A program made the translations under genes and the position numbers. 32,000 nt of DNA from Candidatus Saccharimonadota bacterium (GTDB lineage Bacteria > Pseudomonadota > Alphaproteobacteria > CAJXXZ01 > 1604HC), in contig NZ_CP043315.1 of assembly GCF_008189285.1 (NCBI RefSeq), positions 240,001-272,000 on the forward strand, written 5' to 3'. Under the pieces are notes generated by a model. It made no database searches and was not told the origin of the DNA. It saw only the letters and a list, made by a program, of their open reading frames with translations. Within the stretch, counting starts at the first letter, position 1. Every line of letters starts with the position of its first letter. This document shows, in pieces, positions 15,463-24,441 of the stretch.

Positions 15463-18400
15463 ATGAACTATACTGTAAAAGATAGAAATAATAACAAAGT
15501 TACCGTTGAAGTGAGAAAGAAATTCTCAAAATCGGGAACGACGGACTCTAAGAAATCTGGAGGATTTAATTCTCATGCCCAAGATAGAAGTAGAGTTTTG
15601 GAAGAAAGCTTTAATAAAGTTAGAGAAAATAGCATAAATAGATTTAGCTCTCCGTTTAGCGCAAAGAAAGAGGTTAATGTTAACAATGATAGCAGAAGCC
15701 AATCTAGCAGCGAAAACAAGAGCCCTGTTAGAAAGAGTCCTGTTAATAACGAAAGCAAGAATTCTTCTACTAGTGAAAATAGAAATTACTCTAATCGCCA
15801 GAAAAGTTATGCTGGAATAGATAGAAGCAAAGCTTATTCTGCTATTGGTAGTGAAAATAGGAGCTATGTTCGTAATAATAACTATGCTGGCCCTGGAAAT
15901 AATAGAAGCTATACTGGTCCTGGTGAAAGAGGGTATGTTGGTAATCGAAATGATTCTAGTTCAAACAGGGTAGATAGAAATAAAAGCTATGTTGGAAATG
16001 ATAGGCCTCCAAGAAAAGTAAATTTTAATCAAGAAGCTATAGGAAAAGTCACTGAAATGAAAAGAGATTTATTGAAAGGAGCTATGGGCAGCAGCTTAAA
16101 TCCTTTGAATAAAATCTTGAATACAGGAGAGAAGAAAACAGAATTCAGAACTTATACTCCAAACAGATCTCAAGGATCATTTAACAGAAATAGACCTGAT
16201 TCTGGAGGCAGATTTGGTCCTGGAAATAACAGATTCAGCAGCGGAGGCGGAGGATTTGGCGGAAACAGATTTAACAACAATGGCGGCGGATTCGGTGGAA
16301 ATCGATTTAACAACAATGGCGGCGGAAATGGATTTGGTGGAAATCGATTCAATAATAGCGGCGGAGGCGGCGGATTTGGTGGAAATCGATTCAATAACAA
16401 TAGTGGAGGCGGATTTAATAGGCCTGGCAATTTCCATAGAAAAGATGATAGCAGGCCATCATTTAGACCTGGCTCTGAATCTAGATTAAATGCTTTCAAA
16501 TTATCAAAAGGAAGAGCATTTATACCATCTGATAAGAAGCCATTCCAGAAATCATTTTCTTCATTTGCTCCATCTTTTATGTCCAAGTCAAGCGAAGGAA
16601 GAAAGTTTGCTACTAAAAAGAAGTTTTTCAAGCAGGATGGCGATAAAAAGCAAAATAGATTTAGACAAGAAGAGGGTCCATCTGAAGAGAGATTTTCTCA
16701 TCAATTCCTTGGAAAGATTAATTCTGCTGAGGATATAGAAATTGATTCAAACATGTACTTTAACAAGAGATTTAGAAATTCACAAAGAGTTAAAGATGCT
16801 GTAGTAAGAAATGTAGAAATTCCTTTTGAAGGAATCGATCCTATGAATCTTGCTAATCAAATGGCGGTTAAGTTGAATGTTCTTCATGCAAAATTAGAAA
16901 GCCTTGATCTATCTAAATCTGATATTATAGAACCTGAAATGGCTTTGATTATTGTTGAAGAAATGGGTCATAAAGCTGAAGTTATGACCAATAAAGATAT
17001 GGAAATTATTCCAGATGTAGGGAATGAAGATGATTATGAGCCTAGATGTCCAATTGTTACAATAGTTGGTCACGTTGATCATGGAAAAACATCCTTGCTT
17101 GATGCGTTAAGAAAAACAAATATAGTTTCTGGGGAATCAGGCGGAATTACTCAAGCAATTGGTGCATCTCAAGTATTCTTAAATGAGAATAAATTTGTTA
17201 CTTTTGTTGACACTCCTGGACATGAAGCGTTCACCTCTATGAGAGTTAGAGGAGTTGAAATTACTGATATAGTTGTTTTGGTTATTGCTGCAGATGACGG
17301 AATTAAAGATCAAACAGTAGAAGCTATTCAGCATATACAGAATGCAAAGGTTCCATTTATTGTTTGTTACACAAAAATTGATAAGCCAGATTCTAATATT
17401 GATAATATAAGGCAAAAATTACTTATTCATAACATAGTTGTGGAGTCTATGAGTGGAGAAATTCTAGAAGTAGAAGTTTCTGCAATGAAAAACAAGAACT
17501 TGGACAAGCTTTTGGAGATGTTGTTATTGCAAGCAGAAATGTTAGAGTTAAGAGGTAATAATAAGTGCAAAGCAAGTGGTATTGTGATTGAATCTAGATT
17601 AGATAGGCATAAAGGTCCAGTTGCAACTGTTTTGATTAAAAATGGTAAGCTTGATTACGCTGATCACTTTATTGTTGGTGATACATATGGAAAAATTAGA
17701 AATATGACATTGCCAAATGATAAAAAAACAAAATCTGCAACTACCTCTATTCCTGTAGAAATTATGGGTTTGAATGATGTTCCAAGTCCAGGAGATTTGT
17801 TAATTGAAGTTGATAGCGAAAAAGAAGCTAGATCGATTTCAGAATATAGAGTAAATTTGAAGAAGAGAGTTGTTGTTAAAAAGAAGGAGGTCGATATCTT
17901 GGCATATTTCAATGAAGAAAAAGCGAAAAATATTAACTTAATTGTAAAAGCTGATGTTGCGGGGTCTTTGGAAGCAATTGTTGCTGCTGTATCAAAGATT
18001 GAGTACGAAAGCATTGATATTAATGTTGTAGGAAAAGGAAATGGAGCCTTAACAGATAGTGATGTATTATTAGCTAAAACAAGTGATTCTACTATTATAT
18101 GCTTTAAAGTTAATATTCCATCTTCAGTTGCTGGTTTGGCAAAAGAGCATAATATTAAAATCAAAAGATTTTCTGTTATATACGAGCTAATAGATTATGT
18201 TAAAAGTATGGCTGAAGGAATCCTCGCTCCAACAGAAGAAGAGAAAATTCTTGGAACTGCAGTTATTAAAGAAATTTTTGTTAAAAAGAAAATTGGAACT
18301 ATTGCAGGATGTGGAGTTGAAGAAGGTATTATTAAGGTCAAGACAAAGGGAAGAGTTATCAGGAATGGAAAAGAAATTTACATTGGAGATATATTGAGCT

Positions 18401-18546
18401 TGAAGCAAAGACAATACGATAAAGTTGAAATTCCAGCTAACCAAGAATGTGGTATTATCATGGAAGGATTCACTGATTTCCATATTGGAGACCAAATTGA
18501 AAGCTTTATAATTAAAAATATCGCTAAAAAAGATATAGACGAATAA
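15463..18546 (+). CDS. infB: translation initiation factor IF-2 with an extended low-complexity N-terminal region
   Basis: 1027-aa ORF. G domain IVGHVDHGKTSLLDALR, DTPGHEAF, TKIDK; C-terminal IF-2 domains (VKADVAGSLEAI, GCGVEEG). The first ~480 aa or so are S/N/R/G-rich with internal repeats. Confidence 0.95.
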   Translation: MNYTVKDRNNNKVTVEVRKKFSKSGTTDSKKSGGFNSHAQDRSRVLEESFNKVRENSINRFSSPFSAKKEVNVNNDSRSQSSSENKSPVRKSPVNNESKNSSTSENRNYSNRQKSYAGIDRSKAYSAIGSENRSYVRNNNYAGPGNNRSYTGPGERGYVGNRNDSSSNRVDRNKSYVGNDRPPRKVNFNQEAIGKVTEMKRDLLKGAMGSSLNPLNKILNTGEKKTEFRTYTPNRSQGSFNRNRPDSGGRFGPGNNRFSSGGGGFGGNRFNNNGGGFGGNRFNNNGGGNGFGGNRFNNSGGGGGFGGNRFNNNSGGGFNRPGNFHRKDDSRPSFRPGSESRLNAFKLSKGRAFIPSDKKPFQKSFSSFAPSFMSKSSEGRKFATKKKFFKQDGDKKQNRFRQEEGPSEERFSHQFLGKINSAEDIEIDSNMYFNKRFRNSQRVKDAVVRNVEIPFEGIDPMNLANQMAVKLNVLHAKLESLDLSKSDIIEPEMALIIVEEMGHKAEVMTNKDMEIIPDVGNEDDYEPRCPIVTIVGHVDHGKTSLLDALRKTNIVSGESGGITQAIGASQVFLNENKFVTFVDTPGHEAFTSMRVRGVEITDIVVLVIAADDGIKDQTVEAIQHIQNAKVPFIVCYTKIDKPDSNIDNIRQKLLIHNIVVESMSGEILEVEVSAMKNKNLDKLLEMLLLQAEMLELRGNNKCKASGIVIESRLDRHKGPVATVLIKNGKLDYADHFIVGDTYGKIRNMTLPNDKKTKSATTSIPVEIMGLNDVPSPGDLLIEVDSEKEARSISEYRVNLKKRVVVKKKEVDILAYFNEEKAKNINLIVKADVAGSLEAIVAAVSKIEYESIDINVVGKGNGALTDSDVLLAKTSDSTIICFKVNIPSSVAGLAKEHNIKIKRFSVIYELIDYVKSMAEGILAPTEEEKILGTAVIKEIFVKKKIGTIAGCGVEEGIIKVKTKGRVIRNGKEIYIGDILSLKQRQYDKVEIPANQECGIIMEGFTDFHIGDQIESFIIKNIAKKDIDE
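16225..16430 (+). repeat. in-frame 36-45 bp repeats encoding (G)3-5FGGNRFNN(N/S), 4 to 5 copies, within infB
   Basis: The translation reads GGGGFGGNRFNNNGGGFGGNRFNNNGGGNGFGGNRFNNSGGGGGFGGNRFNNNSGGGFNRPGNF. Confidence 0.85.
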
Positions 18547-19633
18547 CAGATAAAGTTCATAAATATGAATTTGATTGCTGAATTAGCAATTTCATAGACA
18601 AATTTATTGTCGAAGTAATTTAAAATCAATTTATTCATTAAGATTTCAGATAGAGATCAAAATTACATTTAAATTATACTGATACATAAGTCATATAATA
18701 GTATTGATATAGAAATTATATGCTTATTCATTTATGGCAAATAATTAGAAATAAAATCAAAAAATTCATTAAACAATGTTGTGAAATAAAATTTAAAACT
18801 TGAAATATTATATCAAAATGCAATATTGTTAAATCATTTAAAATATAAAATTACATTGTTTGGAAAAATATAGAAATCAAGATAAATTAGCAATGAATCT
18901 ATTTGTAAAATATAAATTCTAAAGAAATTTAGAATTATATTTAAATTGCATTGATATAAAATTGTAGTTATTGAAGAAAATTCTGCTTAATGAGCAATGT
19001 AATAATTTATAATTAAGCACATAATTTAAAAAAGATGCAATTTGCAAAAATCAAAATGATGTATATCAATAATTAATAGCGCTTCTAATGATTAATAAAT
19101 ATACCAATAGTTATGATTGACAAATTATTATTTGGAAATTTTATTATAGTTATTTCTTAATTGCAAAATATTACTAATAATTAATTCAAATATTTTTTGT
19201 TTTGCATGGGTTTTCAAGTGGCTTAAAAAGCAATAGTTTAATAAATATTTATATGTTTAATTTTTATGTTGCAGTGATTTATAAGGTAGGGCAAGAAATA
19301 TTTAAATATTAATGACTTTAATGTATAGTTGCATAGCAAATTTCTATTTAATTATATTTATACTTACTATTTATTTAAAAACTCAAAACTGTGTATAAAT
19401 CCTACTTATTCTGTTGGTATTTGCTATTTATTATACATTTAAAACATTATTTATTTAAATTTGTTTAAAAACTAAAAAATCATATTAATGAATTTAGAAA
19501 TTGAATGAAACAATCATTAATTTTTTATTTTTGCTTTGATTTAGGAAAGTGTTTGATTAAATTAATGCAGTCAAAAAACAATGCAATTCTTTAATGTGGA
19601 AAATATGCTTAGATTTGTTATAATAAAGTTACT

Positions 19634-20971
19634 ATGAAATATAAACAAATAATTTTATCTATGATTTGCATGTTAAGCAGCGTAAATTCTGTTTTTGAAA
19701 AGCCAAAGCCATTTCAAAATACTGTAAAAGAATCTCAAGGAGATGGAAAAGATATAGCTGTCTTTTGCAATATGAATCTTATTCCAGATGATAAAGTTTT
19801 TATTGCAAAATTCATAAAAGCTTGGTCTGATAAATTGCATAATCTGAATGGAAGTATTGTTTTAAGAAATCTAAATAGCAATATAGATTTGCCTGATCTT
19901 GGCTGTGCTGAGTTGGTCATTTTTGATTATTTGCCAGAAAATAGTGGGGAAATGGGTTCATCTAATAATTTTTATAAGTATGTTGAGAATACATTGAGAG
20001 AACTTCAATACAAATCAGTTGTTTTTGCTAATAATATAGCTCCATTTGATATAGAATCTATGATTAACAGTGAATCTTTTAAATATTATAGGTTAGGATT
20101 CACCTTATCTCATGAATTTGATTGCATGGAATTTTGCTTATCTATGATAGATCTTACCAATAAATTTGATGATTTGAATGATACATATTTTAAAGCGATG
20201 CGCTATAATGAATCAATGCTCATTAAGTCCTTATTGAAAAAAGGCGTTGCCATGATAAATGAAAAAAATCATAAGTATAAACGCGTATGCAAAAAAGAGG
20301 GTGTTTTCAAATGCACTGATACTGATGGTGAAGTTGTAAGAAAATGCATGATTTCCTCTGATGAGAATGAGAAATTAATTTATGCAAAAGAATTATTCAC
20401 AATTAATGGAAACAAATCTGTTATTAATGTGCTTGCTAAGAATGATTCATGGATCGAAGAAATGTGTAAGCAGGGCATGCTAGAAACTGTCATAGTTGAT
20501 GATGAATTGTCTCTAAAAGCAAAGTTTGAAAAAATTACACAACAGTATGAAAATATGTTTTTATGTTATTTAGAAAATATTTTATTAAAATTTACTTATG
20601 AGCAAAAAGCAGAAGAAACATCTAAAAAAATATTAAAAATGAAAGATGAAAATGGCTTGATTGATAAAAGAGAGCATAGCAAAATATTAGATGAAGATAT
20701 GCATGATATATCTGAAATTATGATTCCTTTTAAGAAAGAGCTTGCGCTTATATTTGATGAGAAATATGGAGATAAGGTTGATATTGATTCCTTTTCTTAT
20801 CATTCTGATGAAGTAAAAGGAAAATTTTTTGAAGAATTAAAACGTATTGTAGCTGATATTATTGAAAGCATGAAGAAGTTAGCCAACTTACAAAAAAATT
20901 TAATTTTAGTTTCTGTATCAGATATAGATAACAAAATTAGCTTTATTGATAAAGTAATTGCTGAGCTTTAA
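19634..20971 (+). CDS. orphan hypothetical protein with a predicted signal peptide; Cys-containing N-terminal half, K/E-rich C-terminal third
   Basis: 445-aa ORF. MKYKQIILSMICMLSSVNSVF looks like a Sec signal. I recognise no family. It is the only long ORF in a 3.1-kb stretch that is otherwise non-coding or decayed. Confidence 0.6.
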   Translation: MKYKQIILSMICMLSSVNSVFEKPKPFQNTVKESQGDGKDIAVFCNMNLIPDDKVFIAKFIKAWSDKLHNLNGSIVLRNLNSNIDLPDLGCAELVIFDYLPENSGEMGSSNNFYKYVENTLRELQYKSVVFANNIAPFDIESMINSESFKYYRLGFTLSHEFDCMEFCLSMIDLTNKFDDLNDTYFKAMRYNESMLIKSLLKKGVAMINEKNHKYKRVCKKEGVFKCTDTDGEVVRKCMISSDENEKLIYAKELFTINGNKSVINVLAKNDSWIEEMCKQGMLETVIVDDELSLKAKFEKITQQYENMFLCYLENILLKFTYEQKAEETSKKILKMKDENGLIDKREHSKILDEDMHDISEIMIPFKKELALIFDEKYGDKVDIDSFSYHSDEVKGKFFEELKRIVADIIESMKKLANLQKNLILVSVSDIDNKISFIDKVIAEL

Positions 20972-21268
20972 CAGTAAATTTATTTTATAATTCCATTGTT
21001 TAAATTTCAATAAGAATAGCAATTCACTATGCAGTGATGATTTTTTATTAGTGAGTAGAAATATTAATTTCAATACAAGCAAATTAAATTTATTAAAAAT
21101 CAAAACTAGGAAATTTATTGCAAAATTTTTCATAAGCTTACACAATTTAATATAAATATGCTACTCATATAATGCATTGTAGTTTTTAAGTGGTTTATGA
21201 TGAATTTTAATCTGGAATTTATTCTAAAATATATTCAATAATTGTAGATTTAACGAAATTATGCAACA

Positions 21269-21645
21269 TTATGAAAAAGATGTTTTGATGTTATTTAGAA
21301 AATATTTTACTTTCAATTTATAAAATAATTCCTGGAGATTTGCAATATATAATTTGAATGAGATTATATGCGGACATGTCTTTCTTAGTTCTTCTAAATA
21401 ATTTTTAGATTTATCATTAATAGCGTTTCGATCTAAATTAAGTATTGTCAAACTGCTTAATTCTTATAAGCATTCTCAGTTCGAATGAAGTTATTTTGTT
21501 ATGATGCGGATCAATTGCTTCTAAATTCAACCCTTCAAATATTTCTGATTTAGTTGAAGTAATTTGATTATATGAAAGGTCAAGCATTGTTGCATTATTC
21601 ATACTTTCTTCTGTTTTATCATAATGTATAGAAATATTTAATTTA
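21269..21645 (-). pseudogene. decayed LRR-family relic (head deleted, about 3 LRR units, frameshift, cap)
   Basis: The minus strand translates ISIHYDKTEESMNNATMLDLSYNQITSTKSEIFEGLNLEAIDPHHNKITSFE.. (the ISMHDD tail of the head plus LRR units). After a stop and frame change it reads SSLTILNLDRNAINDKSKNYLEELRK (family cap). The ORF-track entry 21269-21451 is its 3' part. Confidence 0.65.
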
Positions 21646-21728
21646 CAATTTTTCTTTTTGCATAATTTATAAATTTACAATATGGTTTATATTATTTATA
21701 AACAACAAAATTATAGGTATAATACAGT

Positions 21729-22770
21729 ATGAATATAAATAAAATATTACTATCAGCTATACTTATGCAATCTATGGTTGCAGCACCAGATGAAGTAATG
21801 ATTGATATGATGAAGGAAGACATAGAAGTATATCAAAAAGTTAGAGAAGAGAATGATGCAAATCATCAAGCTATTGCATTGAACAGAAAGAGTGTTCTTC
21901 CATTTATGTTTTGTGCAAGCAAAAAACAAGTTGCAATAGAAACAAAAGATGAAAGAGGGGTCATAACAAAAACTGAAGAGATTATTATATGCGAAGATAA
22001 TGCAAAAGATGCAATTTCTTTTTTGATAGGAAAAGATCTTTTCTATAGAATTGACCCAAGTGATCCAAATTATGTAGAAAACGAAGAATATAAGCTGAGC
22101 TATCCATTTGATGCATTGAAGTATAGTCTTGCAAGCTATATTGATGTTAATAATTTTGAATACGTATATCATAATGGCAGATCTATGAAAAAAGAATACT
22201 TTGGCATGAAGTATATCTCTATGCATGATGATGAAACAAAAGAAAGCATGAAAGGTTTGGAAAAACTTGATTTGCGTAATGCGTTCATCACCTCACTTAA
22301 ACCAGGAACATTTGTAGGATTAAGCTCTCTTGAATCAATTCTACTATATGGAAATCAAATCACTTCAATTGAACCAGGAGCATTTGTGGGGTTGGATAGT
22401 TTGAAACAAATTGACTTAAGGGCCAATAAAACCACCTCACTTAAACCAGGAACATTTGTAGGATTAAGCTCTCTTGAATCAATTCTACTATATGGAAATC
22501 AAATCACTTCAATTGAACCAGGAGTATTTGTGGGGTTGGATAGTTTGAAACAAATTGACTTAAGGGCCAATAAAACCACCTCACTTAAACCAGGAACATT
22601 TGTGGGATTAAGCTCTCTTGAATCAATTCTACTATAGTGGAAATCAAATCACTTCAATTGAACCAGGATCATTTGAAAAATTTAGCAATTTAACAAATCT
22701 TGATTTGGATTTCAATGCTCTAGATGATGAATCTAATAATTATTTAATGAAATCATTTACAAGAATATAA
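21729..22770 (+). pseudogene. LRR-family paralog E, interrupted by a 1-nt insertion (premature TAG at 22635-22637)
   Basis: A 302-aa ORF ends at ctactaTAGtggaaatc, where the two preceding repeat copies read ctactatatggaaatc. The +1 frame from 22639 continues GNQITSIEPGSFEKFSNLTNLDLDFNALDDESNNYLMKSFTRI-stop (22768-22770), which restores a normal unit plus the family cap. Confidence 0.8.
22289..22640. repeat. 144-bp tandem repeat (two LRR units per copy), about 2.4 copies, about 99% identical
   Basis: Copies start at 22289, 22433 and 22577 (cacctcacttaaaccagg..). I see one or two mismatches between copies (gagcattt versus gagtattt; tgtagga versus tgtggga). Confidence 0.85.
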
Positions 22771-22877
22771 AAATCTAAAAATTAGATTGTAAAATGTAAA
22801 TTCTAGTGTTTATTTTAATCAAATAAGTCGTAAATTTATTAATTTATAAAAAATTTCTTTCTATGCAAATAATTTAA

Positions 22878-24422
22878 CTAGCTTATCTTGCTTTGAATTA
22901 ATTTTATACTTTCTTCTTTTCCATATAATTCGAAGAATGGTCCTAATCTTGGACCTGTTTCTTCTCCAAATAAGACAGTATATATAATTTTAAACCAAGC
23001 TTTCAGATCTTCTATATCTCTATTTTCTACAGCTTCATTCCCTAATGCGTACAAATATGTTTGCATATCAAGTCCATTTGATAAATTAGGCATATTGTCC
23101 AAAAATCTCTGAAAATATTTATTCAACCAAGATGGAGCAGGAATTGATTCTGTTTTATGGTGCTCTGCAAATCTATAAACACACTCAACTAATTTTTCCT
23201 CTGTGTCATTTAATTGACCATGTTGCTTGATGATAAAACTTCTAAATGTATCATAATCAGGGCTTCTTAATCCTTTTTGAAGATTTAGCAGTAGAGCATA
23301 TGACAAATTTGTTGATGATGGCAAATTACTTTCATTTTCATGAACAAAAAAGATTGGGTTATCATGTCTTCTATCATCATTTTCTGCAACTTGCTTATGA
23401 TATCTATCTAAATCTTTCAAATACGCATCAACATATCTATGCAAATCCATAATGTCTAATCGCTTTGCTCGCTCTGGATTCAAGAACAAAAAATGCTTCA
23501 TGCTGGCAATTGGAGTGAAATTTAGCCAATCTTCCAAACTAACTCCATTTCCTTTGGATTTGGATATTTTTTTATTATCCCCATCAAGAAAAAGCTCATA
23601 AACCATATTTAATGGAGCCTTTGAACCTAATGCTTTGCATATTGGTTTTGAAGCAGAAAAAGAATCTATCAAATCTTTTCCATACATTTCATAATCAACT
23701 TTTAATGCATGCCATTGCATTCCCCAATCCACTTTCCATTGCAGTTTACATTTCCCATCAGTTACTTCAGACTCAACTAATTCGCCTTCATCATAAAAAG
23801 TAATTTTACCTTCATCAACTTTATATTCCTCTATTTTAACTTCCAAAACCTTGCCACTTTTTTGTGAGATAGGAAGAAAAGGGCTGTATGTTTTTCGCCT
23901 TTCCTCTCCAAGAGTTGGAAGCATGATTTTTAGTATTTTTTCATGATTTTTCAAAGTTTTCAGCAAAGCTTCGTTGAATTCTCCAGGCAAATATTTATCA
24001 CTAGATTTCACAACTTCAACATGTTTTGTTAATCCAAATTGTTCAATTAGTTTATTTAATTCATTTATGTTATGATCTGCAAAATTGTCACAACAATCAA
24101 ATGCATCTGGAACTTTGAATAATGGCATTCCTAAGAATTGCTGTAAAAATTCTTGTTTTGGAAGATTGGAAGGAACTTTTCTGAATCCATCCATATTATC
24201 TACAAACACGATAATTTTCCCTTTGCATCCTAGAAATTCTAAAGCTCTTTGAATCATTCTTGTTCTGATTATTTCTGCAATTGTTCCAAGATGAGGTAAT
24301 CCAGAAGGGCCATATCCAGTTTTTAATACAACAATTTTCGATTTATCATTTGATCTTTCATCAATTATTTTTTTTGCATTTTGCATAGGCCAAGAACGAT
24401 AAGACATGCTCAATATTATCAT
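22878..24422 (-). CDS. lysS: lysyl-tRNA synthetase, class I
   Basis: 514-aa ORF. GYGPSGLPHLGTIAEIIRT (class I HIGH-like region) and KISKSKGNG (KMSKS), about 515 aa long as in spirochaete/alphaproteobacterial LysK-type enzymes. The start could instead be the internal MSYRSWPMQ methionine. Confidence 0.9.
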   Translation of the reverse strand: MIILSMSYRSWPMQNAKKIIDERSNDKSKIVVLKTGYGPSGLPHLGTIAEIIRTRMIQRALEFLGCKGKIIVFVDNMDGFRKVPSNLPKQEFLQQFLGMPLFKVPDAFDCCDNFADHNINELNKLIEQFGLTKHVEVVKSSDKYLPGEFNEALLKTLKNHEKILKIMLPTLGEERRKTYSPFLPISQKSGKVLEVKIEEYKVDEGKITFYDEGELVESEVTDGKCKLQWKVDWGMQWHALKVDYEMYGKDLIDSFSASKPICKALGSKAPLNMVYELFLDGDNKKISKSKGNGVSLEDWLNFTPIASMKHFLFLNPERAKRLDIMDLHRYVDAYLKDLDRYHKQVAENDDRRHDNPIFFVHENESNLPSSTNLSYALLLNLQKGLRSPDYDTFRSFIIKQHGQLNDTEEKLVECVYRFAEHHKTESIPAPSWLNKYFQRFLDNMPNLSNGLDMQTYLYALGNEAVENRDIEDLKAWFKIIYTVLFGEETGPRLGPFFELYGKEESIKLIQSKIS

Positions 24423-24441
24423 TCATTATAGAGAAATACAA

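Noticed and set aside
16170-16738. Four overlapping ORFs (16170-16631 -, 16177-16437 -, 16214-16489 +, 16490-16738 +) with Pro-rich or Ala/Ile-rich periodic translations.
   Set aside because: They are alternative-frame readings of the GGFGGNRFNN repeat block within infB. Low-complexity repeats stay open in several frames by chance.
17370-17385. The IF-2 G4 motif reads TKID instead of NKID.
   Set aside because: (N/T)KxD is an accepted G4 variant in translational GTPases. The rest of the G domain is canonical.
20918-21145. A 75-aa minus-strand ORF downstream of, and overlapping the end of, the orphan gene.
   Set aside because: It is a low-complexity L/K/F/N-rich translation of AT-rich intergenic DNA, overlaps the 3' end of a better-supported CDS, and has no recognisable motifs.
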